A DNA stretch of 64,000 bases from Chiloscyllium plagiosum (Eukaryota), in contig NC_057751.1 in NCBI RefSeq assembly GCF_004010195.1, positions 5,154,199 through 5,218,198 of the forward strand. Reading direction: 5' to 3'. Shown here piece by piece: positions 62,847 to 64,000 of this stretch; the first letter of the stretch is position 1, and every line of letters begins with the position of its first letter. A model generated the notes under the pieces. It ran no database searches. It was given only the letters and a program-made list of their open reading frames with translations, and had not been told where the DNA came from. The translations under genes and the position numbers were made by a program.

Positions 62847-63591
62847 TACTCACTCTCAACACCCTTCATGGAGCTGCTTTCCTGGGGCTGAACTGACTCA
62901 TTCACACAGACACACACATACAGACACACGCGTTTCCCATAGCAAAGTTTCATTACAGTTCCCCTGACTGGCGGACAAGGACAAGGGGAAATCTGCAGGA
63001 CTCCCTTCATGTTGAGTAACATTCCCTTGAGAACGCGGTTGGCTGGAATCCAACAGTGGGCTGGCACTGACTACAGAGGACATGTCTGACTCTGTGTGTG
63101 GAGGGATATGTCCAACAGGCTGAGTGACAGTGATGTTCCTCATTGGACAGAAAAAGCTGCTCTCTCTCTCTTGTCTTTCTCTTTCTGTCTCTCTCTCTCT
63201 CTCTGTCTGTCTTCCTCTCTCTCTCCCTCCACCACCCCCCCCGCCAACTGTGTGTGTGAGCCCTCTCATGGTGATCAAGAATACCACAGTACCTGGTCCA
63301 GATGAGGACTTGGTCAGGTTTACCAGGGTAGGTAATCCTCTCTCTGGTTTGGTGTATCTCAGTCCATATCCAGTGCAGTGCAGTGCAGTGCTGGCCTGAT
63401 CAACCATATTCCTCTGGGAAGAGTTGGTGAATCCATACTTGGGAGTGGGAGTGGGCTGTGGGACATCTCTGTAAGTTCTTCAGCAGGAGTGAAGGGGGTT
63501 CCATTACTCTTTCAGGGTGTGTTGACTCATTGACTCTCCAGTTGTATGGTCACCAAATCTCTCTGTCATTGGCTGTCTGAATGGTCAGGGT

Positions 63592-63813
63592 TGAAAATGT
63601 GTTGCTGGAAAAGCGCAGCAGGTCAGGCAGCATCCAGGGAACACCTCCCTACCTTTTATCTTAGCCTGCTGGACACACTTTCCCCATTCCTGAAGAAGGG
63701 CTCATGCCAGAAATGTCGATTCTCCTGCTGCTGGAATGCTGCCTGACCTGCTGCGCTTTTCCAGCAACACATTTTCAGCTCTGATCTCCAGCATCTGCAG
63801 TCCTTACTTTCTC
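63592..63813. mobile_element. Penelope-like insertion with inverted arm; 15-bp flanking direct repeat
   Basis: CTGAATGGTCAGGGT at 63577-63591 and 63814-63828; ~63592-63635 is the reverse complement of ~63735-63778; degenerate hammerhead core at 63690. Confidence 0.8.
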
Positions 63814-63949
63814 CTGAATGGTCAGGGTGGAAAGTGCCAATGGGACTGAGTGGTCTTTCCAGACTCCCACGGCCTTATTAGCCAGTGGGATGGAGAGTAA
63901 CCTTTCCAGATTCCTGTATTCCCATTGTTCTGTATACCTTGCCACCTTG

Positions 63950-64000
63950 TGTTTCCTGAAGAAGGGCCTGTGCCCGAAACGTCGAATCTCCTGTTCCCTG
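63950..64000 (+). ncRNA. Minimal type I hammerhead ribozyme core (PLE-derived; host repeat runs off window)
   Basis: TTC-CTGAAGA-A-GGGC-CTGT-GCCC-GAAA-CGTC-GAA; all core nucleotides intact. Confidence 0.6.

Overview
Vertebrate nuclear DNA, very probably from a shark or other cartilaginous fish (HE1-type tRNA-SINEs, CR1 LINE tails, Penelope-like repeats), with four assembly gaps. Two multi-exon genes lie in tandem on the + strand. The first is the 3' part of CDS2 (CDP-diacylglycerol synthase 2; 11 coding exons, 746-15242, probable long 3'UTR to ~21.4 kb). The second is a complete ARHGAP25 coding sequence (PH + RhoGAP + coiled coil; 11 exons, 25355-62846, 636 aa by my exon assembly) with one GC-AG intron. 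The most notable non-genic content: (i) a ~3.7 kb 5'-truncated, decayed R2-clade non-LTR retrotransposon (RT, CCHC knuckle, restriction-like endonuclease) antisense in ARHGAP25 intron 3, with no 28S rDNA target around it; (ii) many short Penelope-like (PLE) insertions carrying minimal hammerhead-ribozyme cores, several with inverted arms and 10-17 bp target-site duplications (TSDs), two nested in the R2 copy and two possibly in the ARHGAP25 3'UTR; (iii) a 2.5 kb 21-bp minisatellite, solo LTRs and a TA-flanked MITE. Gene and family names rest on motifs recognised from memory; no database search was run. Repeat boundaries are approximate unless a TSD or TIR is given.
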